Shown in pieces: positions 28,218 to 37,334 of a stretch of 64,000 nucleotides of DNA (position 1 is the first letter of the stretch; each line of letters starts with the position of its first letter). The position numbers and the translations under genes were made by a program. The stretch is taken from positions 1,632,001 to 1,696,000 of the forward strand of contig OY759746.1 in NCBI GenBank assembly GCA_963662795.1, read 5' to 3'. The notes under the pieces are model-generated. The model was not told the origin of the DNA. It worked only from the letters and a program-made list of their open reading frames with translations, and made no database searches. This stretch comes from Spirochaetia bacterium. GTDB taxonomy: Bacteria > Spirochaetota > Spirochaetia > CADAEX01.

Positions 28218-28336
28218 ATTTCAAACCGATAAATTCAATTCCTCTAGAAAAAATATAATTTCTCAAAGGTAAAAAATATATTCCATTTTACTTTATTCAT
28301 ATATGCTAATATTGATATAGATTTAAGGAAGGGATA

Positions 28337-28780
28337 ATGAAATATTTATTTATTTTTGCGGCATTCATTGCAGGAACGACAATGCCACTGCAAAGCGCTG
28401 TTAACTCAAAACTTAGCCAATATCTGGACGGTCCTCTTTATGCAGGCTTAATTTCATTTGTCGGAGGAATTGTCTTGCTTGTGGTTTTAATTCTAGCTTC
28501 CGGGGCTGGATTCCCGGCAATGGGCAGTTTATCAGGAATAAAATGGTATTATTATACCGGAGGAATCTATGGTGTAATTGTAATCACAACAATTATGTTT
28601 GCAGCTCCTGTAATAGGCATCGGAAGCACTCTGGTTATGATTGTAACCGGCCAGCTTTTAATGTCTGTCGTTTTTGACTATTTCGGATTTTTCGGTATGC
28701 CGGTCATAGCATTGAGCCCTGCAAGGATTGCAGGGGTGGTCCTTATAATCGCGGGTGTCGCTCTTGTTCAGACAAGGTGA
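28337..28780 (+). CDS. DMT-superfamily small transporter (YdcZ/DUF606-like)
   Basis: AG..MPLQSAVNSKL, WYYYTGGIYG, GQLLMSVVFDYFGFFG. About five hydrophobic segments. Confidence 0.82.
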   Translation: MKYLFIFAAFIAGTTMPLQSAVNSKLSQYLDGPLYAGLISFVGGIVLLVVLILASGAGFPAMGSLSGIKWYYYTGGIYGVIVITTIMFAAPVIGIGSTLVMIVTGQLLMSVVFDYFGFFGMPVIALSPARIAGVVLIIAGVALVQTR

Positions 28781-29963
28781 TTTTATTGCAAAGCTGCTGA
28801 AACAAATTATTTCGAAGTTTTTCTATCTTGCTGTGATATCAGTTTTCTGGATTTCACCGGCCAGTCTGTCTGCGCAGGCATCTGAAAAAAAAATTGAAAT
28901 ATCCTATTTCGGTGAAATCGGGTGCAGCCACTGCGATACCTTTATTGAAAAAACAGTCCCTCATCTTGAAAAAGAGTATGGACTTTCGATCAGCGTGAAT
29001 TCCTTTGATATCCTTGCCCCTGATATATATGAGGAATGCGGTAGAATTTTGTCAGAGAAGGGGTATGATTTTATTTATTTCCCGGTTGTCATAATTGGAA
29101 ACAATGTGTATCAGGGGGAAACCGAGATAAAAACATATCTCGGCATGGAACTTGAATACTACAGAATGAACTCTGCATATCAGCCCCGGAAACCCGTGCC
29201 TGCCGGCGGGAGAGATATTAAAAACAGCTCTCTTCCTGCATCAGGCAGATTAAATTCGGCAGCTGTGGTTTTTACGGCAGGGCTTGCTGATGGAATAAAC
29301 CCCTGCGCTTTTACAGTTTTACTTTTTTTCTTTTCATCCCTTACTTTAAGAAAAAAGCTTTATTCCGACTTTCTCAAGGCAGGAGCTGTCTTTATCTCTG
29401 CGGTTTTTATTACCTATATTATGATAGGGTTCGGGTTTTATACCTTCCTCTCTAAAGTTGTCGATTTAAGCGGCGCCAGGTTTGCAGTTAAAATTGCTGT
29501 AACTTTGATTACGGTTTTTTTCGCTGCGGCAAGTTTTTCCGATTATTTAAATCTTAAAAAAGGGAGCAGCTGCGGCAACTCTTCCGTTTTGCTTAAACTG
29601 CCGGATTCTCTTTCCCGCAGAATCCATGAAGCGGTGCGGACAGGGATTAAAAGCACCTCTTCACTTGCAGCTGTATTTGCGGCCGGTATAATTGTTTCTG
29701 TACTTGAGCTGGCCTGTACAGGACAGGTATACCTTCCCTCAATTATTTATATGCTTCAGAAGGGGGACTTGAAATTCGGATTAATTCTGCTGTTAATATA
29801 CAATTCAGGATTTGTTCTGCCGATTATTTCAGTCTATGCGCTTCTTGCCTCAGGATACAGGACAGAGAGAATAAGTTCATTTTTTCAGATGAATATTCAC
29901 ATGTCCAAGGTTTTTCTTGCTGCAGTTTTTGTACTTTTAGCTGCGGCAGTATGGTTTATATGA
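28755..29963 (+). CDS. Thioredoxin/glutaredoxin-domain plus CcdA-type membrane disulfide reductase
   Basis: Signal-like N-terminus, CSHC and FP motif, then DGINPCAF and ELACTGQVY in a multi-helix membrane domain. The exact start is uncertain. Confidence 0.75.
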   Translation: MSLLFRQGDFIAKLLKQIISKFFYLAVISVFWISPASLSAQASEKKIEISYFGEIGCSHCDTFIEKTVPHLEKEYGLSISVNSFDILAPDIYEECGRILSEKGYDFIYFPVVIIGNNVYQGETEIKTYLGMELEYYRMNSAYQPRKPVPAGGRDIKNSSLPASGRLNSAAVVFTAGLADGINPCAFTVLLFFFSSLTLRKKLYSDFLKAGAVFISAVFITYIMIGFGFYTFLSKVVDLSGARFAVKIAVTLITVFFAAASFSDYLNLKKGSSCGNSSVLLKLPDSLSRRIHEAVRTGIKSTSSLAAVFAAGIIVSVLELACTGQVYLPSIIYMLQKGDLKFGLILLLIYNSGFVLPIISVYALLASGYRTERISSFFQMNIHMSKVFLAAVFVLLAAAVWFI

Positions 29964-30161
29964 AAATTTTCGTAAGAATATATCCTTTTCCAGCCGAAAG
30001 ATTCGGAAAATACCAGTATAATGCATAAAATGCACTGTAAAATTGCAAAAAAACAAATAAAACATGGGAAAAGTATATTTTTAATGTAAATACCCTTTAA
30101 TCATTAAAATAATACCCGGAAATAGTATATTTTTACTATATATGGCTTGCATTTATTGCAA

Positions 30162-30190
30162 TTGACAGATTTTTTTATTACAACTATAAG
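30162..30190 (+). promoter_or_regulatory. Sigma70-type promoter of the liv operon
   Basis: TTGACA 30162-67, 17 bp spacer, TATAAG 30185-90. Confidence 0.5.
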
Positions 30191-30229
30191 TATTAAATCC
30201 AAATAAATTTTGGTAAAAAGGAGAAATCT

Positions 30230-31339
30230 ATGAAAAAACTATTCTTGATAGCCATGACTGTACTTTTAGTACTTGCTGGTTGCAGCAAGGAAAGTAAAAC
30301 CATAAAACTTGGTGTTGCCGGTGCTCACTCCGGAGACCTTGCTTCCTATGGTATTCCATCCGTACATGCCGCAGAGCTTGTAGTTGAAATGTACAATGCC
30401 GAAGGCGGAGTAGCAGGCAAGAAAATCGAACTTGTTGTAGAAGATGATCAGTGCAAACCTGAAATTGCTACAAACACGGCATCAAAGCTTGTCGGAGCTG
30501 AAGTAGTAGCTGTTATGGGGCATATCTGCAGCGGAGCTACAAAAGCCGCTCTTGGTATCTATAAGGATTCCAAAATACCAACAATTTCTCCTTCAGCGAC
30601 AAACCCCCCTCTTACACAGAACGGTGATTATCCCAACTTTTTCAGGACAATTGCGCCGGATGATGCACAGGCAAACCTTGCCGTTGATTTTATTATTAAA
30701 TCACTTAACCTTAAAAAGGTCGCAATTCTTCATGATAAAGCCGATTACGGTAAAGGATTCGCTGAACTCTGCAAAGCCGCTGCTGAAGCAAACGGTGTGG
30801 AAGTTGTTCTCTTTGAAGGTGTTAATCCAGGCGCTCCTGACTATTCCGCAGTTGTAAATAAGATCGGTAACTCAGGCGCAGCAGGCGTTATATGGGGAGG
30901 ATATCATCCGGAAGCTTCAAAGCTTGTTCAGCAGATGAAAGACAAGGGAATGAATATTCCTTTTGTTTCTGATGACGGCGTTAAAGATGATACATTTATT
31001 GAAGTAGCAGGAAAATATGCTGAAGGCGTTTATGCAACAGGCCCGATAGATACATCATCAAATCCGATGGCAGTCAAGGCTATTGCAGATCACAAGGCAA
31101 AATATGGCGACGAGCCGGGAGCTTTCTTTCTCAACGCATATGCTGCAACTGTAGCTGTTCTTAATGCAATCGAGAAAAGCGGAAAAACTGATTACGACTC
31201 TATTACCAATGCTCTTAGAAGCGAATATGTTGAAACACCGCTAGGCAAGATCAGTTTTGACAGCAGGGGCGATGCTATCGGTATCGGATTTTCAGTTTAC
31301 CAGGTTCAGAACGGCAAATATGTTGTTGTAAGCCAGTAA
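30230..31339 (+). CDS. livK: Branched-chain amino acid ABC substrate-binding lipoprotein
   Basis: Lipobox LAGC, EDDQCKP, GHICSGAT, SPSATNP, FFRTIAPDDAQ, HDKADYGKG, GGYHPE. Confidence 0.9.
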   Translation: MKKLFLIAMTVLLVLAGCSKESKTIKLGVAGAHSGDLASYGIPSVHAAELVVEMYNAEGGVAGKKIELVVEDDQCKPEIATNTASKLVGAEVVAVMGHICSGATKAALGIYKDSKIPTISPSATNPPLTQNGDYPNFFRTIAPDDAQANLAVDFIIKSLNLKKVAILHDKADYGKGFAELCKAAAEANGVEVVLFEGVNPGAPDYSAVVNKIGNSGAAGVIWGGYHPEASKLVQQMKDKGMNIPFVSDDGVKDDTFIEVAGKYAEGVYATGPIDTSSNPMAVKAIADHKAKYGDEPGAFFLNAYAATVAVLNAIEKSGKTDYDSITNALRSEYVETPLGKISFDSRGDAIGIGFSVYQVQNGKYVVVSQ

Positions 31340-31356
31340 AATAAATAAACTTTTAT

Positions 31357-31413
31357 AAGGCCAGACAATCATATCAGTTGAAAAAACTGAAAACCGGGTT
31401 GTCTGGTCTTTTT
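31357..31413 (+). terminator. Stem-loop with U-tract between livK and livH
   Basis: AAGGCCAGACAATC...GGTTGTCTGGTCTT followed by TTT. Confidence 0.55.
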
Positions 31414-31431
31414 GTGAAGCAGGAATCTTTA

Positions 31432-32334
31432 ATGGATTATTTTTTAAAACTGCTGTTGAGCGGAACAGCGAAGGGCAGTATATATGCTTTGATTGCACTG
31501 GGTTATACCATGGTTTACGGTATAATCAAACTTATCAATTTTGCTCACGGCGAAATATACATGATAGGAGCATTTGTTGCCCTTATGGTCGGAGGAACAC
31601 TGCAGTCCGCAGGGGTAAATCCGGCTGTTATACTGGTTGTATCAACACTTGCCGCAGTATTTTTTGCTGCTGCATATGGTTTGACAATGGAAAAAATCGC
31701 CTATAAGCCGTTAAGATCAGCCCCGCGGCTTTCAATTCTTATCAGCGCCATCGGAATGTCAATGTTCCTTCAGAATCTGGTGCTGCTTTCCCAGACGGAA
31801 AAATATCTCTCTTTTCCTTCCTTTCTGCCTGAGTTCCTTTTCCTGAAGCCTATAAGAGGCTATATAAATTCCACTCAGTTTATAATATTGATCATTACTT
31901 CATTGGTTATGGTTCTTTTAACCATTTTGATAAAATTCACCCTGATCGGCAAGGCAATGAGGGCAACCTCACAGGACAGGGAAATGGCACAGCTTGTAGG
32001 GATAAATATAAATAGTGTAATTACAGTTACGTTTATAATCGGTTCTGCAACCGCTGCAATCGGAGGAATACTTATCTGCTCCTATATGGGACAGATAAAT
32101 TATTATATAGGTTTTATAGCCGGCATAAAGGCTTTTGTTGCTGCCGTGCTCGGAGGAATAGGAAGTATTCCAGGGGCAGTTCTGGGGAGTTTTGTTCTCG
32201 GATGGACTGAAAGCCTTGGTACAGGCTACATCTCAAGTGATTATGAAGACTCTTTCGCTTTTATAATTCTGATATTGATTCTTACAGTCAAACCATCAGG
32301 TATTCTGGGACGAAAAGAGAACCAAAAGGTGTGA
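31432..32334 (+). CDS. livH: Branched-chain amino acid ABC permease
   Basis: GSIYALIALGYTMVYGIIKLINFAHGEIYMIGAF, KAFVAAVLGGIGSIPGA. Confidence 0.93.
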   Translation: MDYFLKLLLSGTAKGSIYALIALGYTMVYGIIKLINFAHGEIYMIGAFVALMVGGTLQSAGVNPAVILVVSTLAAVFFAAAYGLTMEKIAYKPLRSAPRLSILISAIGMSMFLQNLVLLSQTEKYLSFPSFLPEFLFLKPIRGYINSTQFIILIITSLVMVLLTILIKFTLIGKAMRATSQDREMAQLVGININSVITVTFIIGSATAAIGGILICSYMGQINYYIGFIAGIKAFVAAVLGGIGSIPGAVLGSFVLGWTESLGTGYISSDYEDSFAFIILILILTVKPSGILGRKENQKV

Positions 32335-32337
32335 CAC

Positions 32338-33621
32338 ATGGAAGATTTTAACTGGAAAGAATATTTAAAAAATTCTTTTATATCAATGATATGGTTTTCT
32401 CTTCTTCTTTTTCCCATGCTTGTAATGAAGATAAATGTAAAAGGCGGTATGGCAGATGTAACATACAGGTGGGGGTATCTGGTTATTGTGCCGGTCTCTG
32501 CCTTTATACTTTCCGCTCTCTGGAAATATTTCAGGGAAAGACAGCAGGGTGGAGAAAAAACCGATAAAAGAGGAGAAATTGCAGCATTATTCCGCAGGAC
32601 TTTTATTGAAAACAATACAATTAAGAAAGTCTTAATAATTTCTGCAGTCCTGATCATGGCGTTTTATCCGATTTTCTCCGGTATGTACAACACAAATGTC
32701 ATGATTTCGGCACTTATTTATATTATGCTCGGCCTTGGTCTCAATATAGTACTTGGTCTTGGCGGAATGCTCCATCTCGGCCATGCTGCGTTTTTCGCAG
32801 TAGGTGCATATACTTACGGTCTCTTTTTCCGGTATGCGGGGCAGTTTTTTGTTGACGCAGGAATCAGCACCGGATGGATGTTCTGGATTGCCCTTCCAGC
32901 CGGCGGAATAATGGCCGCAGTTTTCGGTGTGCTTTTAAGTCTTCCTGTTTTAAGGCTCCGCGGAGATTATCTTGCTATAGTAACACTTGCATTCGGAGAG
33001 ATAATGAGGATGGTCCTTCAGAACTGGGGCAATGTAACGGGAGGCGCAACAGGAATAAGCCTTATTCCCCGTCCATGGCTTTTCGGCATAAATGTTACTC
33101 CAAGACTTGCCGCAGTTTACATATATTATATTGTTTTTGCATTTGTCATTATAAGCATAATAACGGTCAGCAGACTTGAGAATTCAAGAATCGGCAGGGC
33201 CTGGGAAGCAATGAGGGAAGACGAGATAGCCTGCCAGTCGGTGGGTATAGATCTTGTAAGAAACAAGCTTACCGCTTTTGTGCTCGGATCTGTCTGGGCA
33301 GGCGTTGCGGGAGTTCTTTTCGCATCCCAGACAACCTATATAAATCCCGACAGTTTTACAATCTGGGAATCCATACTGATATTATGTATTGTAGTTCTCG
33401 GCGGAACAGGTTCAATCTCCGGGGTTATTCTGGGTGCGCTTATAATCAAGCTGCTTCCTGAATATATGAGGGCATTCGCCCAGTACCGGATGCTTATATT
33501 CGGGCTTGCTCTTGTTTTAATGATGATTTTCAGACCCGGCGGTATAATTATGAAGGTGAGAAAAGTTTACCGGTTCCCCCTTGATGAAGAAAACGATGCA
33601 GCAGCAGAAGGACAGAATTGA
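32338..33621 (+). CDS. livM: Branched-chain amino acid ABC permease
   Basis: LGLGLNIVLG, LRLRGDYLAIVTLAFGEI, GRAWEAMREDEIA. Confidence 0.93.
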   Translation: MEDFNWKEYLKNSFISMIWFSLLLFPMLVMKINVKGGMADVTYRWGYLVIVPVSAFILSALWKYFRERQQGGEKTDKRGEIAALFRRTFIENNTIKKVLIISAVLIMAFYPIFSGMYNTNVMISALIYIMLGLGLNIVLGLGGMLHLGHAAFFAVGAYTYGLFFRYAGQFFVDAGISTGWMFWIALPAGGIMAAVFGVLLSLPVLRLRGDYLAIVTLAFGEIMRMVLQNWGNVTGGATGISLIPRPWLFGINVTPRLAAVYIYYIVFAFVIISIITVSRLENSRIGRAWEAMREDEIACQSVGIDLVRNKLTAFVLGSVWAGVAGVLFASQTTYINPDSFTIWESILILCIVVLGGTGSISGVILGALIIKLLPEYMRAFAQYRMLIFGLALVLMMIFRPGGIIMKVRKVYRFPLDEENDAAAEGQN

Positions 33622-34400
33622 TGGTAAAGTTAATGGAAATAGATAACCTGTCCATGGTTTTCGGCGGCCTCAAGGCTATTGATAATGTAAACATGAGTAT
33701 CAATTCCGGTGCCATAACAGCTCTTATAGGCCCCAACGGAGCGGGGAAAACGACACTCTTTAACTGCATAACCGGGGTTTATAAACCGACGTCCGGCAGT
33801 GTCAGTATAAAGAAGCCGGGACAGAAGGAAAGTGAAAAAATCAGCGGGTTAAAGCCGCATATTATAAACAGAAAAGGACTTGCAAGAACTTTTCAGAATA
33901 TCAGGCTGTTCAGCAACATGTCTGTTCTTGAAAATGTTATGGTAGGACGCCATCATAAGCTTAACGCCAATATTATGGGTGCTCTTCTGCGCGACCGGAA
34001 AACAAGAGAGGAAGAAGAGAAGGTTGTAAATGACAGCTATGAAATACTGAAAAAAATCAACCTTCATAAATTTGTAAATGAGATGGCAAGGAATCTTCCT
34101 TACGGCGCCCAGAGGAGACTTGAGATTGCGCGCGCCCTGTCGACAGATCCTTTCCTGCTTCTTCTTGACGAGCCGGCTGCAGGGATGAACCCGCTTGAAA
34201 CAAGGGAACTGGAAGATACAATCAACAGGCTTCGCAGTGAAGAGAAAATAACAATCCTGCTTATTGAACATGATATGAGTCTTGTCATGAACATCTCTGA
34301 ACATATTTATGTTGTTGATTATGGAAAAATGATAGCAGAAGGATCTCCTGACGAAGTCAAAAGAAATCCGGATGTAATTAAAGCCTATCTCGGAGAATGA
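33618..34400 (+). CDS. livG: Branched-chain amino acid ABC ATPase
   Basis: GPNGAGKT, ARTFQNIRLF, LPYGAQRRLEIARAL, LLDEPAAGMN. Confidence 0.93.
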   Translation: MMVKLMEIDNLSMVFGGLKAIDNVNMSINSGAITALIGPNGAGKTTLFNCITGVYKPTSGSVSIKKPGQKESEKISGLKPHIINRKGLARTFQNIRLFSNMSVLENVMVGRHHKLNANIMGALLRDRKTREEEEKVVNDSYEILKKINLHKFVNEMARNLPYGAQRRLEIARALSTDPFLLLLDEPAAGMNPLETRELEDTINRLRSEEKITILLIEHDMSLVMNISEHIYVVDYGKMIAEGSPDEVKRNPDVIKAYLGE

Positions 34401-34403
34401 TTG

Positions 34404-35117
34404 ATGAGTATGTTAAAACTTGAAAATGTGGAAACATTTTACGGCAATATCAAAGCGTTAAAGTCTGTAAATATTGCGATAGATGAAGGGGAAATAATTA
34501 CACTTATAGGCGCCAACGGCGCGGGAAAATCGACTACCCTTATGTCTGTGTGCGGTATTGTTCACCCCAAGAGGGGGCATGTCTATTTCCAGGGCCAGGA
34601 TATAACACATTATGAGCCTGAAAAGATAGTATCCCTTGGTATTTCACAGGTGCCGGAGGGTCGGCGGATTTTCCCGCAGCTGACTGTTCTTGAAAATCTT
34701 GATATGGGCGCTTTCTTAAGAAAAGACAAAAAAAACATTAAAAATGATTTTGATGAAATATTCACCCTTTTTCCCCGGCTGGCTGAAAGGAGAACACAGC
34801 AGGGAGGCACCCTTTCGGGAGGCGAGCAGCAGATGCTGGCAATATCAAGGGCGCTGGTGGCTAAACCCAAACTTCTTCTTCTTGATGAGCCTTCTCTTGG
34901 TCTTGCTCCCATTATTGTTCACCAGATTTTTGAAATTATCGCAAGGATAAACCGTGATAACGGAACTACAATATTCCTTGTGGAACAGAACGCCAATATG
35001 GCTTTGAAAATCGCCAACAGGGGATATGTTCTCCAGAACGGTGCAATAAAAATTCATGATACGGCTGAAAACCTTCTGGCAAACGAGGAAGTGCGGAAAG
35101 CATATCTTGGGGTCTGA
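34404..35117 (+). CDS. livF: Branched-chain amino acid ABC ATPase
   Basis: GANGAGKST, QVPEGRRIF, LSGGEQQML, LDEPSLGLAP. Confidence 0.93.
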   Translation: MSMLKLENVETFYGNIKALKSVNIAIDEGEIITLIGANGAGKSTTLMSVCGIVHPKRGHVYFQGQDITHYEPEKIVSLGISQVPEGRRIFPQLTVLENLDMGAFLRKDKKNIKNDFDEIFTLFPRLAERRTQQGGTLSGGEQQMLAISRALVAKPKLLLLDEPSLGLAPIIVHQIFEIIARINRDNGTTIFLVEQNANMALKIANRGYVLQNGAIKIHDTAENLLANEEVRKAYLGV

Positions 35118-35135
35118 AAAAAAGTACCGGATGAA

Positions 35136-35180
35136 TAAAATGACCCCCATTAAGCAGAAACTTTATGGGGGTATTTTTAT
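35136..35180. terminator. Probable bidirectional terminator between livF and iolG
   Basis: AAAAT-G-ACCCCCAT...ATGGGGGT-ATTTTT, flanked by A and T runs. Confidence 0.65.
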
Positions 35181-35207
35181 GTTTACCCTGCTGTTTAAAG
35201 CGGGATT

Positions 35208-36221
35208 TTAGAACCTGAGAAGTTCTCCCTTTTCAAATGATTCCTTGCAGCGGTAGGCAATTTCAGAAACCCGTGTTCCATCGTAAACTGTTACATGAGG
35301 CTTCCTGTTTTCAAGAATACAGTTTACAAATTCCTGGACCTCATTGAGATAAGAACTTTCAAATCTCTCAAGGAAATTTTCACTGCATTCCTTTCTTACC
35401 CCGGTATTATCAAAAATCTCTACAAGATTTTTCTGAGGCACTGATGCTATCCGGAGTGTCCCTTTTGTCCCTATAATCTCTGTTTCGACATTGTAGCCGT
35501 GCGGGGCAGTCCTTCCCGCAAAAAGGAATGCCATTGAATCATTTTTGAATTTCATGAGGCATGATACGTTATCACCATCGTTTGATTTTGCAAACTCAGG
35601 GTGAGCGTAACAGCCGCCTATAGCATATACCGTTTCAGGTTCTTCCCCGATAAACCACCTTGCAAGATCAATATCATGCACTGCCATATCGAGAAACTGC
35701 CCGCCGCTGTGAGGTGCAAACGCTATGGCCCCGTCTATGAATTTTTCAGGGTCCTGGCTGTATGATCTGAAAAGCACAACCTTGCCGATTTCACCTGCTG
35801 CGACTTTCTTTTTTGCGTACATGTAGGATTCATCAAACCGTCTCATGAAGCCGAGCATGAATATCTTGTCAGGATGTTTTTCAACTGCCTTTTCAGCCAT
35901 TCTGCATTCACCTACTGTAACTCCGAGGGGTTTTTCTGAAAATACATGAAGCCCCGCATCAAGCGCGGATGCGATTTGCCCTGTATGAAGGGCTGAAGGA
36001 GATACAATAACAACTGCGTCAAGTTCTTCGAGCCTGATCATTTCATTGAAGTCTGTAAACCTGTGTTTTACATTCAGGCGGTCTGCAGTCTTTGCCAGCA
36101 TCTCCCTGTTAAGATCACAGAGAGCTGTCAATTCAGCATTTTCAATTTTACCCGCAATATTTTCCGCGTGGCGGAGGCCGAGACGGCCAAGTCCTACTGA
36201 ACCGATTTTAATTTTTTTCAA
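35208..36221 (-). CDS. iolG: Inositol 2-dehydrogenase-type Gfo/Idh/MocA oxidoreductase
   Basis: GLGRLG, SEKPLG, GFMRRFD, SQDP, GGQFLDMAVHDID, APHGY, FLERF..SY. TTG start. Confidence 0.8.
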   Translation of the reverse strand: MKKIKIGSVGLGRLGLRHAENIAGKIENAELTALCDLNREMLAKTADRLNVKHRFTDFNEMIRLEELDAVVIVSPSALHTGQIASALDAGLHVFSEKPLGVTVGECRMAEKAVEKHPDKIFMLGFMRRFDESYMYAKKKVAAGEIGKVVLFRSYSQDPEKFIDGAIAFAPHSGGQFLDMAVHDIDLARWFIGEEPETVYAIGGCYAHPEFAKSNDGDNVSCLMKFKNDSMAFLFAGRTAPHGYNVETEIIGTKGTLRIASVPQKNLVEIFDNTGVRKECSENFLERFESSYLNEVQEFVNCILENRKPHVTVYDGTRVSEIAYRCKESFEKGELLRF

Positions 36222-36359
36222 GTTGTTCTCCAGTTTTTAAGAGCAATTACGCGCTTTGTCTGATTTTTTTAAATCTATCCATTTACTAAAATAAAAAATA
36301 AATTCAAATCTGGAATTTGTGCACTGCCGGATAGAAGTCAGTAAAAGACCGTTCAATTA

Positions 36360-37178
36360 TTAATCAAGTATGAACCTGATTGATTCAGTAACCGCTTTCT
36401 TTAGCGCAGTCTTATCTGTTTTTTGTATCACATTTGAAAATGGTTCAAAGGAAATAATTCCTTTATATCCTTCTGCATCCATTTCTTTAACCTGTTTTTT
36501 ATTTCCTATCCTGTCTTTGTTTGTTACCAGGACTCTATGGCTGTCTCTCATTTCATTGTCAGCAATTATATTTTCAACTCCTGATATGTGTATAAGCCCG
36601 GTTTCGTGCGGATATAATTTCTTGTCTGTTCCAAGGTAATGATGAAATGTGTCGTGAACAACCTTGTAGCATCCGTTTCCGGAGAGGCTGATTGCTTCGA
36701 CTGCCTCTTTTTTTCCCCTGATTGAACATTCACTGAAACCCAGAGGTTCTACAAGTCCTGTTATCCCGGTTGCTTTAAAAAAAGGCGCATAGAGAGACAG
36801 TGCTTTGGCAGTATCTGCTGTAAACTGTTCCTTAGTCCTTCTGTCATTTGTGTCATTGTTTGGGCATAGAATTATCGCTTTGCAGCCAATTTCCGCGCAC
36901 AATTCCGCTGTTTTTTTAATTTCCTCTTCCGCTTTCCTGAAATTGGAAGGGAGATTGAATTTTTGTATTGCATTTATGGCTGCAATTTCTATACCTGCAT
37001 CGCTGCACATTTTTTTAACTTCACCCGGTTTAAGTTGATCAATTATATTTCCATCGCCAAGATCATTGCGTAGTTCAATATATTTCAAACCACAGTCTGC
37101 TGTTAAATCAATGAATTCTTTTATAGACAGTGCCGGCGATATTATCCTGTTTAAAGAAAAACGGTTTATTGAGAGCAT
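36360..37178 (-). CDS. Xylose-isomerase-like TIM-barrel protein (inosose isomerase/epimerase-like)
   Basis: IELRNDL, LVEPLGF, HDTFHH, IHISGV, D.HRVLV, SFEPFS. Lies directly upstream of iolG on the same strand. Confidence 0.75.
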   Translation of the reverse strand: MLSINRFSLNRIISPALSIKEFIDLTADCGLKYIELRNDLGDGNIIDQLKPGEVKKMCSDAGIEIAAINAIQKFNLPSNFRKAEEEIKKTAELCAEIGCKAIILCPNNDTNDRRTKEQFTADTAKALSLYAPFFKATGITGLVEPLGFSECSIRGKKEAVEAISLSGNGCYKVVHDTFHHYLGTDKKLYPHETGLIHISGVENIIADNEMRDSHRVLVTNKDRIGNKKQVKEMDAEGYKGIISFEPFSNVIQKTDKTALKKAVTESIRFILD

Positions 37179-37208
37179 CTATAAACTCCATGAATAGTAT
37201 TAATAATA

Positions 37209-37286
37209 ATTCTATCACATCTTTTCCGTAAGTCAAGAGATATTTACAACAAAGTTGCGTAACATAGTTTTATAACAAAGTTTGCG
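37209..37286. promoter_or_regulatory. Divergent promoter region with a direct-repeat operator candidate
   Basis: Minus-strand TTGACT (37236-31), 16 bp spacer, TG-N-TAGAAT. AACAAAGTTGCG 37248-59 and AACAAAGTTTGCG 37274-86. Confidence 0.45.
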
Positions 37287-37334
37287 AAATGAGATAAACC
37301 GTGCTATTATTAATAAGAATGGCGGACTGAATTT

